Source: Eledone cirrhosa
Taxonomy: Eukaryota
Reading direction: 5' to 3'
Length of the DNA: 64,000 nucleotides
Assembly: GCA_964016885.1 (NCBI GenBank)
Contig: OZ024746.1
Coordinates: 15,624,001-15,688,000, forward strand
Both the position numbers and the translations under genes were made by a program. Under the pieces are notes generated by a model. The model was not told the DNA's origin. It worked only from the letters and a program-made list of their open reading frames with translations, and made no database searches. Below are positions 14,076-27,100 of the stretch, one piece after another (the stretch's first letter is position 1; the number at the start of each line of letters is the position of its first letter).

Positions 14076-14663
14076 ATATCAAATCCCAAGAATTATGTTC
14101 CCATTTGGAATGTCTTGGATATCATGGAACAATGATGATAAATGCTGGCCAACTCAGCAATTTAATTATTTCACCTTCTTGTTACCATATTTTAAAGGAA
14201 ACACACTGACTGTTATTTTCAAATCATTGAAAAAATAAAGGATCTAAAGCATAAATTAAAAAAGGTTCTTGCATAAAATTATGATGGTTTTCAGATAAAT
14301 ATAAACATTTTTAAATAAAGAACTTCATATAATGGAAACAGAAGTGATTTGGTAACAAAAGGGTTAAGCATAGCTTTTGTTTATAGGCTGTTGCTATGTC
14401 AACAAACATATGATAACAGCTGGCATAAATCTAATTGTGTCAACTAATAGCAGCATGGTGTGGACTGATGGAGACATTGTTTCAATCTACTTAGTCCAAC
14501 ACTCTTAATTTGACTTATGGAAATTTATATTCTGTATAAATATATATTTAGAGTTGTTTTAAATGACTAACTATCTATGTAATTAAGAATGGTGTCCCTA
14601 AGGAGATTGAGAAATAACCATAGGCAAATAAGGAACTTAATATGTTGGTAGAGTATAAGTTAG

Positions 14664-14783
14664 TTTGTTTTATATAGACAAGACTTCTACAGGACTAGAA
14701 CTGTTTCATTCAGGAATGTCCTGATGATTTCATATGAATAAAACAGTTCTAGTCTTGTAGAAATCATTTCTATATAAAATAAA
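14664..14783. mobile_element. Fold-back element with degenerate hammerhead motif
   Basis: Arms 14664-14712 and 14735-14783 are inverted; ctgatga at 14721; gaaac intact in the left arm (minus strand); same family as 5770-5840. Confidence 0.55.
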
Positions 14784-15009
14784 TATAGAGGAAGGTAATA
14801 ACCCCACCATGATGCCTAGTGGTTTTGGTTTGTATTTGGTAAAACTTTTCAAGAGCGCACACCCTTGAAAAAGAGTTGCCAAATACAAGCTAAAACTGCA
14901 AAGTGTTAACCCACTCTACTTCTTCCCATACATAGAGTATTTGTGGTCTCCCTCATCTCAACACTGCAGACTTTATATCATCATCACTGTTTTACATATA
15001 CATATATAT

Positions 15010-15140
15010 GTAAAAGGCAAACAGAAATAACACAACCGGTACAGTATATGGAAGGGATGTATTAGGTTAATGCTTAATATAGCAGGAAGAGGGTCTTAAC
15101 GTTTTGGACACTAGTCCTTCATCAGAACAAAGAATGAGAA
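15010..15140 (-). mobile_element. Penelope-like 3' terminal fragment with hammerhead-like core
   Basis: Reverse complement reads ctgatga a ggac tagt gtcc aaaacgttaagac; tail matches 11730-11825. Confidence 0.5.
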
Positions 15141-15575
15141 ATAAGATAGATTGAGGGGACGGGCGGGATGGAATTGGAAAAGATGTCTTTAGATAAAAAT
15201 AACAGGTCCATTCATGTTGACATCTCGTGTGAGTGTATGTATGATCATCAATTTCCTTAACTCAACGTAAACAAATCTACACCAAACAAATGTTTTCCAA
15301 AACTAAAAACCATCACACCCTTCAAAATCACACTTAAACACTCCTAGAATAACACCCAACCCACACTAATTACTGGTATGGGGAAGGGGATTGTCATCAG
15401 GTTGCAGCCATCATATTGTTGTGGTTTCTTTATATACATATATGAAATGCACCCAGTCATAGCAACCATGCCAAATATGGAATGTATGAGTGAGATGAGT
15501 TTGCTCTGCTCTGTCTAGTCATGAACTGACAACCCGTCCAACCCATGCCAGTGGAAAATGGACATAGAAGCAATG

Positions 15576-15617
<42 letters not shown>

Positions 15618-15681
15618 GTATGCATTCTAATAATGTATTGCGTACCTTCTTTACTGTGGTTACCCCCAATTGAACCTGGGA

Positions 15682-15728
<47 letters not shown>

Positions 15729-15749
15729 GCATACATATAAAAATCAGGA

Positions 15750-15925
15750 TAGAACCTGTTTGAAACTAGTTAGACCATTACTCAACAGAGTATTCAAGAT
15801 TTGGTGTAGTAGAGTATTGCTATATTATATATTATAAAGAGTCAGGTCCCAACAGCTGTGCTCTTGCTATTTCAACAGACTGGAACAGCTAGTAACAGTC
15901 TGGAACTAGCTGTTGAAACGGCAAG
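15750..15925. mobile_element. Older copy of the 62330-62553 fold-back family
   Basis: gaccattactcaacagagtattcaagatttggtgtagtagagt aligns with gaccataacgcaccaaagtactcaatacttagggtagtagagt; inverted cttgctatttcaacag / ctgttgaaacggcaag. Confidence 0.45.
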
Positions 15926-16119
15926 GATGTTAAATAATGATGAATCCCTTAAAAGGGTGTAGTTTTGTTTCATACAACCAGAGGCAGTTTTAAGACATGT
16001 TGATATCAAAAGGGTTAAAGGATTTGTCTGGAATAAATATTTACCAGTTTTTTTTTTAACACTCCTAAATAAATGATTGATGCTAGAACAAATCTAAATT
16101 TGTTGGAATACATATAATG

Positions 16120-16325
16120 GTTTCTGATTTAGACAAGGCCCTAATTTGTAAGGAGGGGAAAGTCGATTAAATCGACCCTAATGCGTTACTGCTACTTTAT
16201 TTTATCAACCCGTAAGGATGAAAGGCAAAAATAAGCTCGGAGGGATTTAAAATAAGAACGTAAAGAGCCGTAAATATATGCCCTAAAAGCATATCAGATG
16301 CACTACCGATTACTGTCAGTCCACC
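16120..16325 (-). mobile_element. Meta-type SINE
   Basis: tactttattttatcaacccgtaaggatgaaaggcaaa with head and tail similarity; other diverged copies at ~21705-21850 (-), 39400-39540 (-) and 43260-43540 (+, two copies). Confidence 0.7.
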
Positions 16326-17544
16326 TCCCTTTTAATAATAATCAGGTAAATGGAGGATATGATGTATGGAATGTGTGACAATATTGTTTTGTTCATTGTG
16401 TATTACATAAAGGTTGTGTTGTCATCTATATTTTATACAAGATATTTGACTACCTCACCTTCGCTGAAATTCTAGATACAGGCATGCATTAACTAGTTTA
16501 AAGGTTAAGTTTATATTTTATTTCTCAGAATTTTTAAATTGTAAAAGTGACTAGAATAGTGTAGATATGAGGAAAACATTCTGATGAAAAGAGGACCAAT
16601 GTTGGATACTAATTAAATTAAACTTTAATCCTTTTGCTATAAAATCCACCTGATACCCACCTCTCATTCTATAATATATACCCTACCACATTCTAAAGTG
16701 TTCTTGTTTTAAAAAAAAACTGTTGCAATTTTATGTGAGAACCTTTTCTGTTCAAGCCTAATTATGAAAATGTATAATAACTAAATACTTTCAAATTCTT
16801 GATTATTTTCCAAATTAATTGGAACACATGAACAGTATATTTTGGAAATATGATAATGGAAGGGTTAATAGATGGAACATTTCTGGCACTGATATGGAAT
16901 TAGCCAAATGTTTGGTTTTCCATATTGGGGCAAGAGGTAGAAAATATGTAAATTATTTCTAAAATGTTTGAAGTTTTGCGAGAACCATTTGTTTCTTTAT
17001 TTCTAATTAAAATAGGCAATTAAATTCTAAAATATTTGAGAACTTAGACTAGTCTTCTAAAACAATAGTCCATTTGTCTTTTGATATATGAAATCTGTTT
17101 TTGGAACTTAAACCCTTCGTAACTATCTCTGGGTGATTTTGTAGGTATTTAGTAATATAGCTGACTTTGTGATTATTGAGTTAGTGTTGGGAACAGCAAG
17201 ATGAAATATAAACACTTTATAATAAACAACTCTGTATTAGAACTAGGAGTATTTTCAGGTAGTTTCGTATCAAAAGGTTTATAATAAAGATCCCTATGTA
17301 AACCTGGGATTTTACCTCAAAATTTAATTACAGATAAATTCAATGAAATTTATTTTTAAAATGAGTTAGTATTTAGCTGGGAATTGTGTACATTATTAAA
17401 TTTTCAAATCAATTAACACATGCCCCATTTTTGTCAATAGTAGCATGTTAGGTAACAAGGTGACATGAATTCACAAATATGCATACTTAAAATACACAGC
17501 TGCACACAACAATGTTGTGATTCAGTAATATAATTTAGCAGAAC

Positions 17545-19550
17545 TACTTTCTTCTTTGCCCACTTGGGAGGGCCATGGGGGGAAGGGTACTCAAACACTC
17601 TTTCCAGCACGACTCATCAGAAGCAAGACCAGCCAAGCTCATGAATGTTATCCAACCATCTGGCTCAGAGTGTATAATAGGATCTCCTGTTGGTTGTTTT
17701 TTTTCCTGTAAAATCTGTCCAGCAATTCTTTCCTGAGACATTCTAACCATAGTATTGTAGCGGTGATCTCTCAATTCTTTCCTGAGACATTCTAACCATA
17801 GTATCGTAGCGGTGATCTCTCAATTCTTTCCTGAGACATTCTAACCATAGTATCGTAGCGGTGATCTCTCAATTCTTTCCTGAGACATTCTAACCACAGT
17901 ATCGTAGCGGTGATCTCTCAATTCTTTCCTGAGACATTCTAGCCATAGTATCGTAGCGGTGATCTCTCAATTCTTTCCTGAGACATTCTAACCACAGTAT
18001 CGTAGCGGTGATCTCTCAATTCTTTCCTGAGACATTCTAACCATAGTATTGTAGCGGTGATCTCTCAATTCTTTCCTGAGACATTCTAACCATAGTATCG
18101 TAGCGGTGATCTCTCAATTCTTTCCTGAGACATTCTAACCATAGTATCGTAGGGGTGATCTCTCAATTCTTTCCTGAGACATTCTAACCATAGTATCGTA
18201 GGGGTGATCTCTCAATTCTTTCCTGAGACATTCTAACCATAGTATCGTAGCGGTGATCTCTCAATTCTTTCCTGAGACATTCTAACCATAGTATCGTAGC
18301 GGTGATCTCTCAATTCTTTCCTGAGACATTCTAACCACAGTATCGTAGCGGTGATCTCTCAATTCTTTCCTGAGACATTCTAACCATAGTATCGTAGCGG
18401 TGATCTCTCAATTCTTTCCTGAGACATTCTAACCATAGTATCGTAGCGGTGATCTCTCAATTCTTTCCTGAGACATTCTAACCATAGTATTGTAGCGGTG
18501 ATCTCTCAATTCTTTCCTGAGACATTCTAGCCATAGTATCGTAGCGGTGATCTCTCAATTCTTTCCTGAGACATTCTAACCACAGTATCGTAGCGGTGAT
18601 CTCTCAATTCTTTCCTGAGACATTCTAACCATAGTATTGTAGCGGTGATCTCTCAATTCTTTCCTGAGACATTCTAACCATAGTATCGTAGCGGTGATCT
18701 CTCAATTCTTTCCTGAGACATTCTAACCATAGTATTGTAGCGGTGATCTCTCAATTCTTTCCTGAGACATTCTAACCATAGTATCGTAGCGATGATCTCT
18801 CAATTCTTTCCTGAGACATTCTAACCATAGTATTGTAGCGGTGATCTCTCAATTCTTTCCTGAGACATTCTAACCATAGTATCGTAGCGGTGATCTCTCA
18901 ATTCTTTCCTGAGACATTCTAACCATAGTATTGTAGCGGTGATCTCTCAATTCTTTCCTGAGACATTCTAACCATAGTATCGTAGCGGTGATCTCTCAAT
19001 TCTTTCCTGAGACATTCTAACCATAGTATCGTAGCGGTGATCTCTCAATTCTTTCCTGAGACATTCTAACCATAGTATCGTAGGGGTGATCTCTCAATTC
19101 TTTCCTGAGACATTCTAACCATAGTATTGTAGCGATGATCTCTCAATTCTTTCCTGAGACATTCTAACCATAGTATTGTAGCGGTGATCTCTCAATTCTT
19201 TCCTGAGACATTCTAACCATAGTATTGTAGCGGTGATCTCTCAATTCTTTCCTGAGACATTCTAACCATAGTATTGTAGCGGTGATCTCTCAATTCTTTC
19301 CTGAGACATTCTAACCATAGTATTGTAGCGGTGATCTCTCAATTCTTTCCTGAGACATTCTAACCACAGTATCGTAGCGGTGATCTCTCAATTCTTTCCT
19401 GAGACATTCTAACCATAGTATTGTAGCGGTGATCTCTCAATTCTTTCCTGAGACATTCTAACCATAGTATTGTAGCGGTGATCTCTCAATTCTTTCCTGA
19501 GACATTCTAACCATAGTATTGTAGCGGTGATCTCTCAATTCAGAGAAGTT
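17545..19550 (-). mobile_element. RTE-like LINE 3' relic hosting the 49-bp array
   Basis: Minus strand reads LL*IERSPLRYYG / VRMSQERIAGQILQ..PTG / RWLDNIHELGWS, the RTE ORF C-terminus pattern. Confidence 0.6.
17723..19541. repeat. 49-bp minisatellite, 37 copies
   Basis: Unit caattctttcctgagacattctaaccatagtatcgtagcggtgatctct with very few variants. Confidence 0.97.
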
Positions 19551-19637
19551 GCAAATTTATTTTGTAATAATTCAGAACTTGTTACTCACTTTAAATTGAA
19601 AACTTGGTAAGATTAATATATATATATATATATTATA

Positions 19638-19978
19638 TGGAGGCACATGGCTTAGTGGTTAGAGCATTGGCCTTGCAATCGAAAAGTTGTGAGTTCAATT
19701 CTCAGACCGGGTGATGTGTTGTTTCCTTGAGCAAGACACTTTATTTCACATTGCTCCAGTTTACTCAGCTGTAGAAATGAGATGATAGGGACTGGGGGTC
19801 ACTATCATTCCACTGCAAAGTGGTCGTGGAGGTGCCACAGCAAAAAAAGCACCTAGCACTCACTGTAAATGAGGTTGGTGTTAGGAAGGGCATCCAGCTG
19901 TAGAAATCAAGCCAGAATCGGTTCCCGTCCAACCCTTGCAAGCAGGGAAAAAAGCGGACGTAAAATGAAATGATGATA
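19638..19978 (+). mobile_element. Full-length tRNA-derived CORE-type SINE with RTE-like tail
   Basis: A box tggcttagtgg, B box gagttcaattct, CORE ccttgagcaagacactttatttcac..ctcagctgtagaaatg, tail aggaagggcatccagctgtag..cccgtccaaccc..ggacgtaaaatgaaatgatgat. Confidence 0.8.
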
Positions 19979-22686
19979 TATATATATATTTACTGATTAG
20001 ACAAGGAGAGAGGGGGCAGTGCCCTAGACTGTTTTCAAGGCTTCCGTTAGTGGTAAGAGGGAAGGAAGTGGGGAGAGTGATATCTTTAATCTAGAGACTT
20101 TGACTATAAATACTTGCAATAGAGAGGTCTTTAATAGACATCTACACATTAGTGGGGAATTATATTTACATATTAAGTATTTTGTCAGGAATTTTTATAG
20201 CAATCCATTCTGCATAATGCAATGTTGCACAATGTAAATTACTCTGTTGTTCACTGGGCACTTGGATGCAAAAGTTACTTTATTTCACATTGCTCATGTG
20301 GCAAAAATGAGTTATACCTATAATTCAAAGGGCTATTTTATATTTCAGCCCTATGAAATATAAAATTTCCCTGAGAACAATATTAGGGGTGTTTATGGAT
20401 TGTTAGCCACTTGCATGGTAATTTCAGGAGTAATTTCAGGCTGTCCTGTTGATTAAACAACAGGAACACTTGACGGAGGCCCAACGTATGTGCACGTTTG
20501 TGTGCGTGTGTATCTACATCAACCATGGGAAAACTTTTTAAGAAGCGGGCCACATGAGATATGGCTCATCATCAGGCGGGCCGCAAGCGCTAATTTACAT
20601 TTGTGCCCACATAATAATAAGGGGGGGTAAGTCGGGTTGCTTTGATTTGTTTCTTCAGAATCCATACATGTTGTTTTCCTCGATCGTAAAAATGATAGAA
20701 AGATAAGTTGGGGTAAACTTAGGTGACTTAGGCAAGCCATTCAGAAAGCTTTGAGGGCTGCAGGGTGCCCACGACTGATGTATGGCAGGCTTCTTACTTT
20801 GATGAATAGCCATCACAACCACTATCATAATCATCAACACCACCACTACCTGATATACCAGTTCTATAAATCAAAATGCTGGCATGGATTTACTGGTTGG
20901 TTGCTCTTTCTGTCACCAACCACTTCTATTTTATTATGCCACCAACAATCACCCCTCTGCACTGCATCAGTTTTTTTGTTTTTTTTTTTATTATGCACTC
21001 CTAGGCAGGTTGCCTTCACCTAAGCTTGTAGAACCCATGTTTGCTCCAATATCTAACTTTCTGACATTGATGTGATTTTAACAACTTTTAATGGTTTCTG
21101 CACTATTCACTGTGACCGGTGATTCCTAGAGTGTCGAAGTATTCTTATATATATTCGAGATCTCCTAAGTTGTCATACTCTCTCTTCATTGCCTAATTGT
21201 TGCTCTCAGAATCTAAGTAGAATGACAGTAAACAATGAATACCATCTGTTTTGGTATAATTGATGACATGTGTGGTTAGAATGGTGTCACCATGGGACTG
21301 TTGAAGATTTTGGATGGTTGATGGTTACTAAATCTGAGAAAGCAGACTTAAGGCCTCAAAGATGTGCTTGTAAACACATGGAAGTAATATAGTTTAGTGT
21401 TGACCCATCCAATCCATGTCTGTAAATAATCATGATTATATCACCCTAATTAGATTCTTTGCTTTCTTTTACTCTTTTTTTCCTTTTTTCCCCCACATTT
21501 TGATATATGTTTGGTTTGGTTTGGTTCAGTAGATTGAAATGCTATGAAGTTGTAAGAATAATTTTTTTTTTTAAGACACGATGCTACAAGTTTCTAGTTG
21601 AGGAAAATTGAGGGTTGTTTATCTTGGTTTTCATTATTCATCTTCACCAGACACAGCTGTGTCACAAATAATGACCAGTCCCCAAGCACAGCCTTGTCAC
21701 AAATAATGGTTCCTGATCTAGGAACAAGGCCAATTTGGGCAAAGGGAAAAATTGATTAAATCGGTCCCTACGTATTACTGGTATTTTATTTAAAGATGAA
21801 AGGCAAAGCTAACTGGCAGGATTTGAACTCAGAATGTAAAAGGACATCACAAATAATAATCAATCCTTATAGCTGTATATATATTATAACATTCATTGTC
21901 TTATACTGTTTAAGCAGAGGCTCACACAGAACTTAAGATTTTAGTTAGAGAAGTCAGTAGTTCTTATTGAGCATTGACTCAATATTTGAAGACCTATCCA
22001 ACCCTTACTAACAGGGGAAAATGCACATTAAATAATGATGGTAATGTAGCTGTTATATATTCTACAACGTACATATATACATACATCTACCATTTTTATT
22101 GCAGTTGTTCTGAGGTCATTCTCTAAAGAAAAAAAAAATTTAAAAACTGACCTAGTAATTCCATATAAATAACCCATAAATGTTGATTATATGAAACAGT
22201 TTGTCTAATGAATAAAAATAGACATAGTACCACTGTGTATTTCATGGCTGGATTAATATAACTGGGAGCAGTTGTATCTGAAAACACCTGCTTCATAATT
22301 CAGGTCATTCTGACTGCTCCCTTTTAAAGGGTTCTAAAGTGTTTGTCAATGTATAAAGACATTTAATAGCAAGCAACATTTTGCTATTATCATCACTGAT
22401 GCCTGTATTATTATTATTATCTTTATTAATAGGGTGGTGGGTTGTCATTGTTGTCTCTACTTTATGTGAGCAGTGAAAGCAATGTGTTGCTCTGTTGATT
22501 ACTTCACTTATAGCTGATAACCTGTACTACAACAGCAGATAGATGTACAACTACACATGTACCCCTAGCAGGTACATATACAACTACACAACTAGCTGAT
22601 CACCAACAAATCCCAGTAGCATGTATCTACCCCACAAAGCAATTCAATAGCATGTGTGCCTATATATAAAATAAAATAAGTCAAAT

Positions 22687-23130
22687 ATGTAAAATTTGGC
22701 TTCGTTTATTATAAATTATAAATTTACTGTTATATATATTTCGGTGACCTCTTCAGGCAGTCCGAATTGGTGTGGAAAAGACAGGTACACATGTTGTTGA
22801 AGTGTGTTCCACTCTGTCAATACATTGATAAGTTCAGCTCCTGGGTATGTTGTTAGTCCTCCGAGTAACTGGAATCGTATCGATGTATTGACAGAGTGGA
22901 ACACACTTCAACAACATGTGTACCTGTCTTTTCCACACCAATTCAGACTGCCTGAAGAGGTCACAGCCAATAAGAGCTGTCACCGAAATATATATAGCAG
23001 TAAATTTATAATTTAAAATAAACGAAGCCAAATTTTACATTTCTCCGGAGTAAACAAACCAACCTGCGTACTTCAAGTGCTCCAATCTGCATACTGAGAT
23101 GTCGGTAAACAACCAACATATACTCAATAT
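22687..23130. mobile_element. Fold-back Penelope-like terminal fragment with ~145-bp inverted arms
   Basis: 22687-22830 is the near-perfect reverse complement of 22878-23040; both arms carry hammerhead cores; right side continues as a unique tail to a (TA)n run. Confidence 0.65.
22947..23001 (+). ncRNA. Type I hammerhead ribozyme motif (Penelope-like terminal type)
   Basis: Stem I actgc/gcagt; core CTGAAGA 22952-22958; stem II ggtcacagc...gctgtcacc; GAAA 22985-22988; short palindromic stem III (tatata); cleavage triplet AUA ending 22996. Confidence 0.7.
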
Positions 23131-23531
23131 ATATATATATAGCAAGTATATATATGTACCTCTACAATGCAATAGGAGGTACATCTACCACATCAGTGCA
23201 ATTCAATGCATTCATATCTAAAATTTAGGAATACTGACCTCCCTCCAAAAAACGTGATCTGAGAAGTAAAGTATTAAATATAAATTTCTTAGATTGTTGT
23301 ACTGTAGTTGTTTAGATGAGGTCACCTTAAGATAGGTCAACAGTTACATGGGTAGTGTAGCAGTAGATTGTATAGTGTGTGTATATATATATATATATAT
23401 TACATTCAAAATTATAGATAATATCGAACATGCATCTTGTATCCCAAAATAAGCTCAAAGAAAAATTCAGATATGTATATGCACACATACACTAAGTTAA
23501 ATTATGTGTAGAATGGCAGTACATTGCTTAT

Positions 23532-23591
<60 letters not shown>

Positions 23592-23727
23592 AACCTATAT
23601 GCTGCATAAATATAGTGTGTGACTGAGACTACCTATGTATGTATGTATGCACAAACAAATATAATATATAGTTTATATATATATGTCCCACCCTTGCAAG
23701 CAGGGAAAAGCGGATGTAAAATGATGA

Positions 23728-23766
<39 letters not shown>

Positions 23767-24961
23767 CATTATTTAACATCCATTTTTCACACTTGCAATA
23801 TGTTTGTGAGTGTGCTAATGTAGTTGTGTTATATATGTGTGTGTGTGTTTGTATACATCATCATGGAATTTTTCGTCTACTTTCAATTCAGTATGGGTTG
23901 GATGAGGATTTTTTAGGCAGTTCTTCCTCCATCCAAATGTACTTTCTGGTGCCACTCCATATTTTAAGTATTGTATATACAGCTCACCTTTGTGAAATTA
24001 TTACTAAGTTGTTAGATTTATTATCTTTATGAGAGACATAAACAAACAGTACCACATGCTTTAAACATGTAGATGAAGGCAGTAATGTGACATCATTTTT
24101 GTGTCAGTTTTTCCATACTGGCTTATGGGTTGAGATCCTTAGCTGATAGGTTTTTCTATGACTGTAAACCTTTCCTGGTGCCAACCCCTGCATTACACTA
24201 CATACAGTATATACTACTTCGGGTTTGTCGAACAGCTATACTGCAAAACATTGCTTATGGAGGGACATAAACAAGTGGCACCCACTACAAGCCTTTATTA
24301 AGAGCATAAACATGATATTTATGGTGGCATACACATAATGACAAGCATCAGAAGCTGTACATGACCACCTCTGATCAAGGCACTATGCTGGAGGTAACAA
24401 ACTATAGGTATAAAGTCCAGAGACATGGGTATGAAACTTGTAATTCACACAGCCATGGCCAGCAACTGTTGTGTGTGTATATATGTATGTGTGTGTGTAC
24501 ATTTATGCCTGGTATATTGAATGCTGTTTCATGAAATTTCCAATTTTGGAAAGTGCTAGTGATATGACAGAAAGCACCCAGTCCACACTAAGCCAAAACC
24601 CATGCAAGCATGGAAATTTGATGTTAAATGGTGTTGATGACACATACATGCATTCACACTTACACACATACATACCTACAAACACATGCATGTATGAGAA
24701 ATACTCAACCCAAAATTGCCTCTTGTTCTGTGAAACAAAGCCCTTTATTTTAAAGGATTACCATTTAATTAAAACCTTCAGAGAAATTTATGAAGATCTT
24801 TTGTTACAAATTTATTTCATTATGAACTAAATATTGAAATAAATATTTTATTGACATATAGACAGACTGCAGCCTTCTGTGTATTGAAATAAATATTTTT
24901 GTTGTAAATTTCTTCATTATTTAATCAAGTTGGAAATCTGGTCACAGAACGGATCGAATTC

Positions 24962-25597
24962 AAAATAGAGTATATACACATCACAATTGGTAGAGTATAT
25001 AGCAATTGAAAATAGAGTAGATATCACATTTGGTAGAGTATATAGCAATTGAAAATAGAGTAGATATCACATTTGGTAGAGTATATAGCAATTGAAAATA
25101 GAGTAGATATCACATTTGGTAGAGTATATAGCAATTGAAAATAGAGTATATACATATCACATTTGGTAGAGTATATAGCAATTGAAAATAGAGTAGATAT
25201 CACATTTGGTAGAGTATATAGCAATTGAAAATAGAGTATATACATATCACATTTGGTAGAGTATATAGCAATTGAAAATAGAGTATATACATATCACATT
25301 TGGTAGAGTATATAGCAATTGAAAATAGAGTAGATATCACATTTGGTAGAGTATATAGCAATTGAAAATAGAGTAGATATCACATTTGGTAGAGTATATA
25401 GCAATTGAAAATAGAGTAGATATCACATTTGGTAGAGTATATAGCAATTGAAAATAGAGTATATACATATCACATTTGGTAGAGTATATAGCAATTGAAA
25501 ATAGAGTAGATATCACATTTGGTAGAGTATATAGCAATTGAAAATAGAGTAGATATCACAATTGGTAGAGTATATAGCAATTGAAAATAGAGTATAT
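24962..25597. repeat. 43/47-bp minisatellite, ~14 copies
   Basis: aaaatagagtagatatcacatttggtagagtatatagcaattg interspersed with a +4 bp variant. Confidence 0.95.
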
Positions 25598-26895
25598 GTC
25601 ATTAGGAAAACAGTCACAAAACACAATTGATAGTGTTACATGGATTTTGTGTAATTAGAATAATTTTCTTCAAAAATATTCTGATTGACTCGGAATTGTT
25701 GCACCCTTGCCATTCCAGTTTTAGAAAACACGAAAAATGTCACAGCCTTTGACCTTGAAAAAATAAGCTCCTAATTTCAGCTAAATAGGTGCAAAACAAC
25801 TGGGAACATACACCACATAGATTCACTTTTATATATTAATGTATGTATCCACTAGTACTAACAGGCTATCTTAAATATAGCATGTTGACATATACTAAAA
25901 AAGTCAGGTACAAATGATGATAAAAAAGAAAGGTTTTATTTTTCTAGTCTACATTAACATATCTGTATTTCTATCTGCTGTTGTGTGTCAAAGTATGTCT
26001 GTGTGACATGTGTATCTATCTTTTATCTGTCTGTGTTCTGTATAAGTATATATATCGTTATCTATGTCCGATATATCTAACGATTATCTCTTGAGTTGTG
26101 TGCAGATTTATATATCTGTGTGTATGTATCCTTTCCACTTCATTTATTCATACACACGCACATCCCCCCCTTCTGTTCCTCTCCAAAAGGGCTGGTAGTG
26201 TAGTGTAAGTTAAACTGTGGTTGATATAATGGATGGGAGGAAGAAGTATTAGGAGTGGAGCATGGCCAACACAGATTAAATTATTGGAATTTTAAAGAGA
26301 TATGACTATACATGTATGGCTGTGTTTGTACATACACACATGTATATGGAAGCTAGTCTTTATGTGAATAAAATTGTGTATGTGTATATATATATATATA
26401 TATGTGTGTGTGTATACATACATGTATATTTTATATATACACACACACACATACATACATGTATACATACATACATACAAACACGGAAGGCTGTAGTTTG
26501 TCTATATGTCAATAAAATTGTGTTTGTGTGTGTGTGTGTATATATATATGCACATGCACACATACATGGATGCCTGCAGTTTGTCTGTATATCAGTAAAA
26601 TTGTGTGAATGATGAAGCATTCCATACATGCCAAAATCTAATATACTTTATCTTCCTTCCATAATTAATATTTAATACTTTCTGCATATTTGAAAATAAG
26701 TTCTTTTAAATTTTGAATGTTTGAAATATCATTTCCAACCATTTCTTATCTCTGGAACATTCTAGGCTCTATATATATATATATATATTTACACACACAC
26801 ACACACACAGTGTGGAATATTGTAGGGTGTATAGTGTGGTATATTGTAGGTTGTATATATACAATGTGGTGTATTGTAGGTGTTTTGAGCATAGC

Positions 26896-27100
26896 TTAAC
26901 CCTTTAGCATTTACATTACTCTATTGTATTTTCACGATAAAGATTTTTACCTCACATAATATTGAACCTACGAGATTTTGATATGTATTTTGAGAACAAT
27001 ACCATAACATAAGTATGAGTGGCCAGTTACAGCCGGTTTGAAGAGAAAAAGGTGAGAAGTTTCTGGCCGGATACAGCCAGTTTAAATGTTAAAGAGTTAA
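26896..27100 (+). mobile_element. Family C MITE nested in a reverse family D copy
   Basis: TTAA-ccctttagcatttacattactc ... aaatgttaaagag-TTAA. Confidence 0.8.

Noticed and set aside
17723-19541. CRISPR-like regular repeat
   Set aside because: Head-to-tail units with no unique spacers, eukaryotic context and no cas genes; the same holds for the other arrays
19638-19710. tRNA gene
   Set aside because: A/B boxes run directly into a CORE domain and the acceptor stem is not formed; it is a SINE head (likewise 46585, 52715 and 61727)
22716-23031. Three ORFs sharing the peptide VLTEWNTLQQHVYLSFPHQF
   Set aside because: The shared peptide results from the inverted repeat; no evidence of a protein gene
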